Shown here: positions 35,615 to 46,450 of the stretch, piece by piece
How the letters are laid out: every line of letters starts with the position of its first letter
How positions within the stretch are numbered: position 1 is the first letter of the stretch
Assembly (NCBI RefSeq): GCF_000372725.1
Contig: NW_005201792.1
Coordinates: 41,452-105,451 of the forward strand
Source: Emiliania huxleyi CCMP1516
Taxonomy: Eukaryota
Reading direction: 5' to 3'
DNA length: 64,000 nt
The notes under the pieces: model-generated
Seen by the model: the letters and a program-made list of their open reading frames with translations, nothing else
The model's database searches: none
Told to the model about the DNA's origin: nothing
Position numbers and translations under genes: made by a program

Positions 35615-37022
35615 AGCTCCTCTCGGAGGGCGCACCCTCCTGCCCGCCCCAGTCACCTCAGGACCTGGATGAGCCGGTGGCCTAGTTGGTCGAACGAAGC
35701 GCCGACCTTTCTTTACGCTTTAGGTCTATCACGCCCTCTCTCGCTGCGACCCCGCCGACAACGCTCGTGTCGCGGCCGTCTCGCTGCTCTTCCACGCCTC
35801 GCTCGCACGGGAGGGCATTCGCTTGTGGGCGCGAGAGCGCGGCTTCGAGCTGCCGGCGCTAAGAAATATAATCTGCCGGGCGGCCCTTTGTGTTTCGGCT
35901 ATTTTCGGTCGCCCCGCGCAAGCGAGCGCGCCCCCTTTCGTTCGCAATATTCGGCCCACGCCGGGTTGCAGGCACCGAGTCCGCGCTCTCACACCAATGC
36001 CTGCGGTCAAGCGGCCCAGCTCGGCGCCGCCAAGCAAAGAATACCTGAACCAGATGCGCGCGCAGAATCATGGGGCTTCCGATCAGGCTGAGCCAGCAGC
36101 ACTGTGCAAATGGCTGTCGGAGCTGTGCGGTGGCGGATCGTCCACCCGCGACACGACGCTCACCCAAACCTCACCTGGAAGCTTCGGCAACTCTCTCTGG
36201 GCGTCGTTATACCCCTCTGCGGGAGCCGCCGCCAAAACGTGTGGGTAAGAAGGGGGAGAAGGCGGAAGCAGATCTGGAGAAAAGCTTGACGCCGTGGTGA
36301 AGTTCTCCTGAAGCATGAAAAAGTTCGTCCCCACGGCAGGCTACGTCCCCTGATGAGTTGCAGGTCTGAGACGGCTGGCTCTCTGTCCTCAGTCTGTCGC
36401 TTGACTGCTGCATGCAGAACACGTCAATGACTCAACGTGGGTTAGAGCCGGAACAGCAATGTTGGGGCTCGACCCCGGCGACCCGATTCACGCATAAAGT
36501 TACAAACCACGGGGTCCAATCGCGCCCCGCACCCACGGACCCATGGCGCGACGAGAAGGGCGACCGAAACCGTTCCCCCCACGCCACGTGCACGACACAG
36601 CTCACAGGTGAGAAGACGAGGGGCCGGCCACGACGCGGCGAGACGGCGGCGCCCGGCATGTGGCGTCCGCGGGCGGCCATGTCGAGAGTAACGCGAGAGA
36701 GAGGTAGTCGCGCCCGGCCAGCGCATCCAGAAGGATAGACATAAGAAACTTTTTCGCGCAGTGGGGCAGAGTGAGTGTGAGCTGTGTGAGTGAGAGAGAG
36801 TCTGCGCGCCTCCCCCTGAGCCCTGTGTGCTCTCGCGCCTGGCCCGTTGAGAGCTAGACAGAAACAGACACTTGAGCATCGTGCAGCTCGGGTTCACACG
36901 GCTCAACTCACCTCTCACCCGCCGCCGCCCGCGGCCGCACACGAACCGGTCGCACACCGCCGCGCCCCCAGAGCGGTGTGTCTGCTGAAGACCAACGGCA
37001 CCTTCCACAGATGCGGCTACAG

Positions 37023-37907
37023 CTACTCGCCCCGCGCAGCCTCGTGCTCCGGCGGCGGCCCTTTCCGACTCCGTCGGCTCCGCCTCCTCCACTGCGGCGG
37101 GGCGGCGCTGCCGCGCCCACTGCCACCACGCGTGCGGCCCCGACCCCTGCCGCTGCCTCCAGCCACCGCGGCGGCGGCTGCCGGGGCCTTGTGCGCCGCC
37201 GCCGCCTTGGCGTCCCACAGCGGGCGGAAGCGCCTCGCGAGCTTCTCCCCCGCGGCGCCCGACTCTGCCAGCTCTGCAAGCAGCGCCAGCCCGTCCGCCC
37301 GGCGGCCGGCACCGTCGCAGGCGCGGAGGGCCGTGTGCACCGCCCGCTCGTCGGGGTCATGGTCGGCGCAGAGGGCGCGGAACACGAGCAGCGCCGGGCG
37401 GACGTAGCCGGCGGCGCTCAGCGCGTTCATCACGGTCGTGTAGCCGATGAGGGAGGGGCGCACCTGTGAACGGGCGGAGCTTGGGGGAAGGGGGGAGGAG
37501 GCAGCCACGGTGGTGCGCGAGGAGCGACGGGCGCACGTGCGCTGCTCGCATCCGGCGCAGCAGTCGGAGTGCCGCGCGTGCGGCGGGTCGACCACCCGCG
37601 CGGCGGCAGGCGGCGATAGCGGTGTGAAAGGAGATTGCGTCTGGTGCTGCGGCCTCGTCGAGGAGGGCGAGTGCGTCGCGCCACGCGCCGCCAGCCTCGC
37701 AGGCGGCGAGGGCGCAGTTGGTCGAGACGGTGTTTGGTGACAGGCCCTCGTCGCGCGCGTCCTGCAGGAGCGAGCTTGGCGGGGGTCGTCAGGGGAGGGA
37801 GAGGGAGGAGGTAGCAGGAGGCGGCGAGAGAAAGAGAGGGAGAGAGGGAGAAGGAGGGAGAGAGAGAGAGAGAAAGAGAGGGAGAGAGAGAGAGGGAGAG
37901 AGAGAGG

Positions 37908-37958
<51 letters not shown>

Positions 37959-37989
37959 AGGGAGGGAGAGAGAGAGAGAGAGAGGGAGG

Positions 37990-38043
<54 letters not shown>

Positions 38044-39128
38044 GAGAGAGAGAGAGAGATGGGGAGAGAGAGAGATGGGGAGAGAGAGATGGGGAGATCG
38101 TCCTGCAGCATCGACGCGGCGATCGGCCAGTGCGCTGGCGTCGCGCACGCACGCATCACCGCGTGGTAGTGCACGAGGCCTGGCCGAGGCACAGCCGGGA
38201 TAGGGCCGAGATACAGCCGAGAGCCAGCCGAGACACAGCCGAGACGCAGCCGAGATGCAGCCGAGAGATGGAGCGCGCGAGGCCTGGCCGCAGCCCCTCC
38301 GACCGCATCCGCTCGAGCAGCCTCAGCGCCTCATCCGGCTGCCCTCCTAATCTCGGGGCGATCTCGGGTCACCTCGGGCGAGTCTCGAGGAGCCACACCG
38401 CCTCCTCCCCCCTCCCCGCCTCTCTCGCACGCGGAGAGAGCCGCTCCGTAGCTGTGTGCGTCCGGCGTGTTGCGCGGCGGAGGCACCTAGCTAGCGGCGA
38501 GGCAGGTGCGGCGGCGGGAAGAAGAGAGGCGGGGAGAAGTGCGCGGCGCCGGCGGCACCCGCTCCGCCATCTCGCCGAGCAGCCGCAGCGCCGTCCGCCA
38601 CTCGCCGCAGCGCGAGCAGGCGGCGATGGCGGTGTTGTAGCTGATTCGGTCGGGCGGCGCGCTGGGCGAGGCCTCCATCTCGGACAGCAGGAGGAGGGCC
38701 TCGTCCGACTGGCCGCCGCGCTCGCACGCCGCGAGCGCCGCGTTCAGCGCGACGGTGTCGGGCTCGATGCCCTCGTCGCGCGCGTCCTGCAGCAGCGAGA
38801 GAGCCACCGGCCAGTGCGTCGCCGTCGCGCACGCCCGGATCGCCGCCGTGTAGCCGATCAGGCTGGGCGGCAGCGAGGAGGCCTGCAGCGTCTGGAAGGT
38901 GTCGAGCGCCCGCGCCGGCCTACCCAGTGCACCGTGCGCCCGGATCGCCTCGACGTATACGGCGGCGTTGTGGGTGCGGTTGCCCAGGGCAGCAGTGGCA
39001 GTGGCAAAGATCTGCAACGCCGCCGCCCAGTCGCCGCGGCGGTTGTGTGCGGACATCTCGCGGGCCGCGGCGGCGCCCCGGGACGAAACGCGGCCGCCAC
39101 CACGGGCCCGGGGGGCCGCTGGGGACAT
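37023..39128 (-). CDS. Pentatricopeptide-repeat (PPR) protein, multi-exon (3' end uncertain)
   Basis: PSLIGYTAAIRAC, PDTVALNAALAAC, PDRISYNTAIAAC, PSLIGYTTVMNAL. Confidence 0.9.
37825..38097. repeat. (AG)n microsatellite inside a PPR intron
   Basis: Direct observation. Confidence 0.95.
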
Positions 39129-39354
39129 TACCAGCGATCACGGCGCGCAGAGGGTCTGCCCCCTGGGTTCCAACTTTTCCGGGGTATGGTATGGTGCCTC
39201 AAGGCTAGCCCTCGACAGGGGTGGGGGGGTATGGTCCCTCGGCCCTCCCTCTACTGCCGCCGAGCCCGCAGCGCCATGAGGCAGGAACAGGCGCCCGTGT
39301 CGCAGAGAGAGCTGCTGCAGCTGCTCCACACTCCACTCGCCGACACCCTTCTGG

Positions 39355-39995
39355 CTGAGGGAGGGTGTAGAGGATGTAGAGTGTAGAGCGCTGTAGAGCT
39401 GTAGAGATACAGCACACAACACCCTATAACTGCGTCATGACCAGCCTGCCATGTGTCGCCGGTGCCGCATTCGTCGCTGTGCTTCTTTAGCAGGCGGTGG
39501 ACTGTCGGCTGCGAGGACGGTCGCATTTGCGCGAGGCGAGGCGAGCATTCAGACGCGTTGCATGCGCCATGACTCGCGCCAGCGCGTGCGGGAGCTCCTG
39601 GCTGAGCGTTGAGTCCAAGCGAGTTGCGCTGGCCACTATCGCTACGCCGAGCCGAGCTGACGCGCCGAGGCGCCGGCCAGTCGCAGCCGTGAGGCATGCC
39701 ATAGCAGCAGAGGCACCTGCCACCCATTGGGCGGGTAGACAGAAGGCCAGGGCAGCACTGGCAAGTGCAACGCGCCTCATGTCGGAGAGCGACCGTGCCT
39801 CGTTCGCCGCTTATGATGTAGAGTTTGTTGTAGAGATTTCACGTTGTAGAGCGCCTCTACATCGCTCTACAACGCAGGCGCCTCGTCCCGCGGCGGATGT
39901 AGAGCTCTACAGCTCTACAGCGCTCTACAGCGCTCTACATCTCTACAGCTCTAGTACAGCGCTCTACACTCTACATCCTCTACACCCTCCCTCAG
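39355..39995. mobile_element. 641-bp MITE, 8-bp TSD (hAT-like)
   Basis: TIR CTGAGGGAGGGTGTAGAGGATGTAGAGTGTAGAGCGCTGTA at both ends; CCTTCTGG duplicated (39347-39354, 39996-40003); TGTAGAG subterminal repeats. Confidence 0.9.
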
Positions 39996-40925
39996 CCTTC
40001 TGGTTGCGGAGCGCCTCAATGTCGCGCGAATCAACATAGCCGTCGCCAGGCAAGATCTCGAACGCCAGGCGCAGCCGGCCAACCCGCTCGAGGCGACCAC
40101 CGGCGAGGCGACCACCGGAGCGGGCGCGGCACCCACCGGAGGGGCACCCGCCGCGGCACGGCGATGCCCATTGAGGACGGTGTGGCGGTGCGGTGGCCCG
40201 CGGTGCGGTGCGGTGCGGTGCGGTGGCCCGCGGGGCGGCCGGCGCGGCGGCCACCGGAGCCGCCCGCACGAGTTGGTGTCGAGGTTTGGTGTCGAGGTGT
40301 CGAGGCCAGGGCTCAGCAGGGTCCCAGGGATTCCCCTCTCGTGTAGGACAAAGTTGCACCCGGCGGCACGGGGGCAGGCGCGGGCCTCCTACTGGTTGCG
40401 CTCTCCTAGTTCTCCTGTGCTACTGCCAAAAGGGACAGCGACAGGTTCCAGCACGGTGGACTCCCTATTCCACTGGCGATCTCTCTCGACTACACGACTA
40501 GCGACCTTCCTCCGGCTTCTCACTGGCAGTCTCTTGAGCACTTGAGCACTTGATAGGGTCGATTCCGCATGGTACGGGACCCCTCGATCGTCTCGCCCTC
40601 CCTCACTGGTGTGTTCATTGGGGGGGGTCATAAGCTCATAACAAACACGGTACAGGATCGAGGTGCACGCTGCTGAGGGACCCCAGGGGGTAGATCGAGC
40701 AGTGTCGTCCCCCCTCTCCATCATCTCCCTGGGAGACGTCGGCGGCGATGGCGGTGTGACCGATCGAGCTACAACAGGAACTTGTTCAGCACGATCCGGG
40801 TACCGGGTGGGCCGAGCAGTTCCTCACTTCCTCAATGGGTGAGCTTCAGATCTCGTTGCCCTCACGCCGTCACGCCTCGGCTCATGTGGAGTCGAACCAC
40901 GGCCGGGATGGAAGTTTCCTGCTTC

Positions 40926-41047
<122 letters not shown>

Positions 41048-41142
41048 GGCCGTAAAGTAAACACGGTGCTCAAGGGATTTTTCTCGCGAAGCAAAGCCGC
41101 TCTGAGGTCCTCTACCGCAATCTGCAGCACCGCAATCTGACG

Positions 41143-43334
41143 ATGTCAGCGGCGCGCGAAGAGGAAGAGGAGGAGGAGCCCGCCTCTCTCCTCCTGCGGC
41201 TCGAGCCCACCGCCTCGCGGCTGGCTGCAATCTGCAGGCTCGACCTCCGCAAGGCTGGCCTCAAGCGCCTTCCCGCCAGCATCGGCCTGTGCGCGACATG
41301 CCTGGAGCAGCTCGATGTGGGAGGCAACCCTCTCGAATCGCTCGACGGCGTGCAGACGCTAGGGCGGCTGCGCGTCCTCTTCGCGACGGGTTGCGCGCTC
41401 GGCGGCCGGGGCCTGCCGGCCGGCGGCCCACTCTCGCGAGTCGACTCGCTCTTCATGCTCTCGCTCAAAGAGAACGGGCTGGCCGTGCTCGACGGCGAGG
41501 CGCTCCCCCCAAAGCTGGGCTGGCTCATCTGTGCGCAGAATGCGATCGCCGAGGTGCGGGCTCCGCACCGACTGAGCCACGTGCGCAAGCTCATGCTTCC
41601 GCACAACCTCCTCGACGCGGTGGCGGCCGACTTACTCATTGAGGCGATCCCTGCGCTCGAGATGCTGCGCCTCGCCTGCAACCGCATGGAGACCCTCCCC
41701 GCCGCCGCCTTTCGCCACCCGCGGCTGGCATGGTTCGCGTTCGGAGGCAACCCGTACTCTGCCCGCCTGTGCGCTGCCGCCCTCTCCGCCGCCGACGCAG
41801 CCGCCGACGCGGTGGCGACTCTGAAGGACGCCTCGGAGGCGGGCAGAGAGGTAGATCAGATCGAGAGGCAGAGCGGCGAAGCACTGTCAGCCACAGCTGG
41901 GCAGCAGGCGGTATGGGGGTGGACGCTAGGCGAGGCGGAGAGACGGCCACACTGGAGCGACACAGACACACAGGACAGGACACACCTACCGGCGGGACTG
42001 TCACACCTCCCGAGTCTACGTCGCAGGTGGCTGTGGGGGAGGAGGAGCTGGGCCGCGGCTCGGGCGCGGTGGTCAAGCGCGGGACGTGGCAGGGTACGCC
42101 GGTCGCCTGCAAGCTGGGGCGGGCAGGTCTCTCACCACACCGCCGCCCGCACCCCTCCCACCTTTTTTTGAAGGTCGCCTGCAAGCTGTGGTCGGCGGAG
42201 CTGTTTTCGGACGGCGACGCGCGCGGCGAGTGGCTCATGGGGCGACTGACCGGCGGCTGCGCCAGCCTCGTCCGCACGCTCGCGGCGTGGGAGACGCCGT
42301 CGCTCGGCATGGCGGTCGAGCTGCTCGAAGGCAGAGCCGAGATCAGCCGAGATGGCCCGAGATGGCCCGAGAGATGGCCCGAGAGATGGCCCGAGAGAGT
42401 TGCGGGTGCGGAGCACCAGTAGGCGCTCCCGCAACACTCTCGCCCCCACTCCCCCAGCCTCGGCGGTGGGCGGCCCGCCGCACGTCCAATGACATGCATG
42501 TCCCCAGGCGCCTCTGCGGTGGGCGGCCCGCCGTCCTTCGCGTCGGTGACGCGCGACGCGTTCGTCGAGGGGAAGCACGCCCGCCTCACACCGGCACAGG
42601 CGCGAGGCGTCCTTGGGCCCTCGTCTGCGCGGCGCAGTGTCCGCGACACGACACGTGCCATGTGTGTCCACGACGGCCCCGCGGCCGTGCCTTGCAGGCG
42701 AGAGAAGTTGCGCGTGCCGTCGCTCGCGCTGGGGCGTGGCTGCACGCGCGCGGACTCGCGCACTGCGATATCTACTTGCACAACACGCTTCGCGTCGCGG
42801 AGACGGAGGCCCCCCCACACCGCGCCGAGAGGTAGCCGAGATCCAGCCGACCGACTGGCAGATCGTGGCCAACATGGGTCTGCGTGGCTTGGTGGTGGGG
42901 GCGGGGCGGCAATCGAGAGGGGCGCACCTCGGGCGCGTCCCAGCTGTACGGGCCCGTGGATATCTAGCCGACATCTAGCCGAGACATGGCCTGTCGACGT
43001 CGGCCGTTGTTCGGCCGCGTGCCTCGGCGTCCAGGCGTGGTCTGACCGTGCTTTCACTTCTCTCTTCTGTCTGCAGGTCGTGAAGCTGTCGGACCTCGGC
43101 GCCGCGTGCGCGTACGACCGGCACGGCCACACCGCCGTCGAGAAGCTCGAGGTGCGCTCGTTCGGCCTGCTGCTGCTCGACCTCCTCTCGCACCTGCAGG
43201 TCTCGCACGACGGAACCTTTGGCGGCGGCGAGGCGGCGGCGGCGGCGGCGGCGCTCCGACACGCGGCGGCTGCGTGCACAGCCGAGTCGCTCGAGGCCCG
43301 CCCGTCTTTTGCGGAGCTGTGCGCCGAGCTCTAA
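41143..43334 (+). CDS. LRR-containing Ser/Thr protein kinase
   Basis: LRRs (LEQLDVGGNPLESL, LFMLSLKENGL, LEMLRLACNRM); kinase LGRGSGAVV, VACKLW, FSDGDARGE, LHARGLAHCDIYLHN, VKLSDLGAA, RPSFAEL. Confidence 0.9.
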
Positions 43335-43954
43335 AGGCGGTCGGATCGGCGACCCCCCCGTGTATTGAGAATCGCCCCATTATGTATTTGAAGCCGTCGA
43401 TTTCCTTGGGGGCTCAAACAACGGTGTGCCTTAGGGTGTGCTCGTTCCCTGTGTGGTACCTCTACCTGTTCCTGACCTGTCGGTGTGAGATCGCGACGCG
43501 CCACGAGTCCCGTGCTCCCGTGCCCAGTGTTGACTGTTGTGGCTTGTGGTTGCGCTTTCCGGAAAGCGGCAAAGGCATCCAGTTTTTTTGCGGTTTGGTC
43601 GTGAAAGATTTTGCTAACCCCTGCGGAGTCGTGCGGGGGCGGGGCTCCTCTTTGCGAATACTCCCATACATCTCGTACCCGTTCTACGAGCTTCTACCAA
43701 GAGAGCTCTCTTGGAAGAATTTGCTAACACGGAGAGATTTTTTGCTTCGCAGTCGCCAGACGACGCAGGGCAGACGACGGGGAGGCGGAGCAGACGCGCA
43801 GGGCGAGACGAGGGAGGGAGCAGGACTTTGCGGAGATCAGCAGGAGGATATACGAAGAGATTGGAGCAGCAGGGACCCGAGGGACCATGTGGAAGACGGC
43901 TAGTGGTAGTGCTAGTCCCCCATCGGGAGGACGACCCCGGCTAGTCGCCGACCA

Positions 43955-44040
43955 CACCCACAAAGAACCCTGCACAAAGATCGCAGGGCGGGGACCTGCC
44001 TTTTTACCCATCTCCTAGTAGATGTCCGTTTTATTTTATT
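43955..44040 (+). repeat. Retroelement-like 3' tail family R2 ending in GTCCG(TTTA)n
   Basis: Related to 12198-12281, 53922-54000 and the interrupted minus-strand copy 12550-12629 + 14448-14475. Confidence 0.6.
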
Positions 44041-44128
44041 GCTTCGCACGTTTGTAACCGTCGGCGTCGCTGGCTGCTCGAGTTTGTCGTGTCGAATGCG
44101 CCGATAGCGTTTGGCCGCCAAGCTCAAT

Positions 44129-46128
44129 ATGCGCGCGCTCCGCCGCGCCGCGCTGCTTCTGCGGTCATTCTCGAAAGCGGACATTGACCCTTCCGCTCAA
44201 GCGGAGGACGCCCTGTGGTGGGCACTGAGGGGAGACAGCGAGGCTCGCACAGTGCGGCGCAAATCTAGACAGGCCTTCCTCTGCACCGGCGCATGCTGCA
44301 CTTGCATTGCCGTGGGGGTCGCGGTCGCCTACCGCGACCCGCACTGCCCACTCCTCGGCATTGCCGCCTGCGCCACACTGCTCGCCCTCCAGCCGACCGA
44401 CCCTCCTCGCCTCATCCGCGGAATCGCAGCGACCGCGGCTCTCGCGTATGCCATCGCTCTTGTCCAGGCAGTCTTGCAGATTGCTGATGCCGACGTGGCG
44501 TGCACCCCAGCAAGGTTTGCATTTCCGCGCCGGGTCCTTGTCTACTGGGCCGCCATTGCTGCCGTTGCTTGCGCCGTCGTGCCACTTCTCGCTCGGAGGG
44601 CCTTCTTCTCGCCCTGCGCTTCCAAAGGCAAAGGCAGCAGCAGCAATTCTTCTCGCCCTGCGCTTCACGCGCTCTGGCTCGCCGCGCGTCTCTTCTACGG
44701 CGTCTCGGCCGCCGCGCAGATCGGATCTTCCGTGGCTTGCCACGCGGACGGCCTCGCCGGCCGGCTGTGCGTCAGTCTGGTCTCGCTCATCCTCCTGCTC
44801 GTCCTCTTCTCGTATCCCGTGCGCCGCGCGCTGCAAGCGTGGCTCGCCAGGTTTCTGACCGAACGGGAGCGGCGCCGCAGGAGACGGCGGAGCATGTCCA
44901 TGGCGGCCGGGGTCGCGAGGGACGTGATGGAGGGGCGCGAGCACTGGACTAACTCGATGAGTGTCGCCGAGCTCGTGGGGAGGCGCCGGCCAACCTCGCA
45001 GCTACTTCAGCTCGGAAAGGCTCGGTTCCGGGCGCTCCCCTTCTCCAAGCTGCGGCGCGAGGACCTACAGACCAGCGCCGACACGGGCCTGCACGAACAC
45101 ACCGGGGCTTGTGAGCTCGGGGCTTGTGACGCCTTCATCTCACACTCATGGTCCGATTCTCCCGAGCACAAGTGGAGGAGCCTCTCGCGGTGGGCGAGGG
45201 AGTTTGAGGAGCGCGAGGGGCGCGAGCCGCGGGTGTGGCTCGACAAGGCCTGCATCACGCAGAGCGCCATCGACGAGCAGCTCGGCTGCCTGCCCATCTT
45301 TGTTGCAGGCTGCCGCGAGATGATAATCTGCGCTGGGCCGACGTATCTGGACCGACTTTGGTGCCTCATCGAGGAGACCATTATCGGCGTGAGCTGCTGC
45401 TCGCGCACTCTTCGGAGAAATTTCGCAACCTTGATATAGGTGTACTGCTTCTGGCAGCTGGCGGGCGTTGAGGATCGACTTGTGCTGCTTCCGCTGCCGC
45501 CCAGCTGCACGCCGCTCGAGCTCGATGCGCGGACACAAAAGGCGGTCTTGGGCGCAGCGCTCAAGCGCTTTGAGCGGTGCGACGCAGGTAGCGCCAAGTG
45601 CTTCCACGAGCGGGACCGGCAGCAGCTGTTGGGCGTGATTGAGAGCGGGTTTGGGAGCGTCGAGCACTTCAACGAGAGGATGCGCACCGCTTTTTCCACG
45701 CTGCTCCAGGCGAAGTACATGGCCTGGGAGAACTGGAGCAAGGCGAAACTGATCCCCCACCCATGTTCCGCAGCAGCAACCCTTGGGCTCGCGAGCACGC
45801 CGCCCCCACGCTGAAGCATCTCCTGCCATCCGTGTGCCAGGTCGAAGACGCCGTCGTCGAGGACGAGACGGCCTTTGCGGAGCTCGTGCGCTCGATGCTC
45901 GGCAGCAAAACGGTTCGCGGGTCATGGCCGGGGTGGGGATCGGGCAAGGGGCTCAACTCGTTTCGGCCGCGTGCGGCGAGCCGGATCCACCCCGCAAGGA
46001 CGAGTCGAGACCTGAAGCGAGCAAAGACCCTGCCACTGCCTGCGCGCGCGCGAAACGCGAGGAGCGCCTCAGACTCCACCCTCTTTGGAACGTCGTCTGA
46101 GCGGTCCTCCGTAAGCGAACCGGGGTAG
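44129..46128 (+). CDS. Multi-TM protein with C-terminal TIR/HET-like domain
   Basis: Several hydrophobic helices, then DAFISHSWSD, VWLDKACI, LPIFVAGC, TYLDRLWCLIE. Introns ending at 45439 and at 45710-45840. Confidence 0.8.
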
Positions 46129-46450
46129 CCAAAGCCGGCGTGCCGTGACGCGCTCGTTGGTGGCAGCATGGGATCGCTGGGATTTTCTCGTGTTTGGCAC
46201 ACAGTCTCTCTAAGTTCTTGCCCCGGGTGTGTTTCTGTGAGCGAGACTTGTATTTTAAGAATTCTCTACGTTAGTCTCGGGCCATCGCGTATTGATCATG
46301 TGGCACTGATCACGCGGTCCCGCGCTACTCTCTCTCTCTCTCTTCTCGATATCACAATTTTTCCCATCCCCGACCAATGTCCCCGGAAGTGGGGACAAGA
46401 GCCCGAAGCCCAACTGGCCACCAGGTCGGTCGTCGGGCACAACCCGCATC

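Noticed and set aside
36428..36485. tRNA or tRNA-derived SINE head
   Set aside because: A/B-box-like motifs are too close together and no cloverleaf forms.
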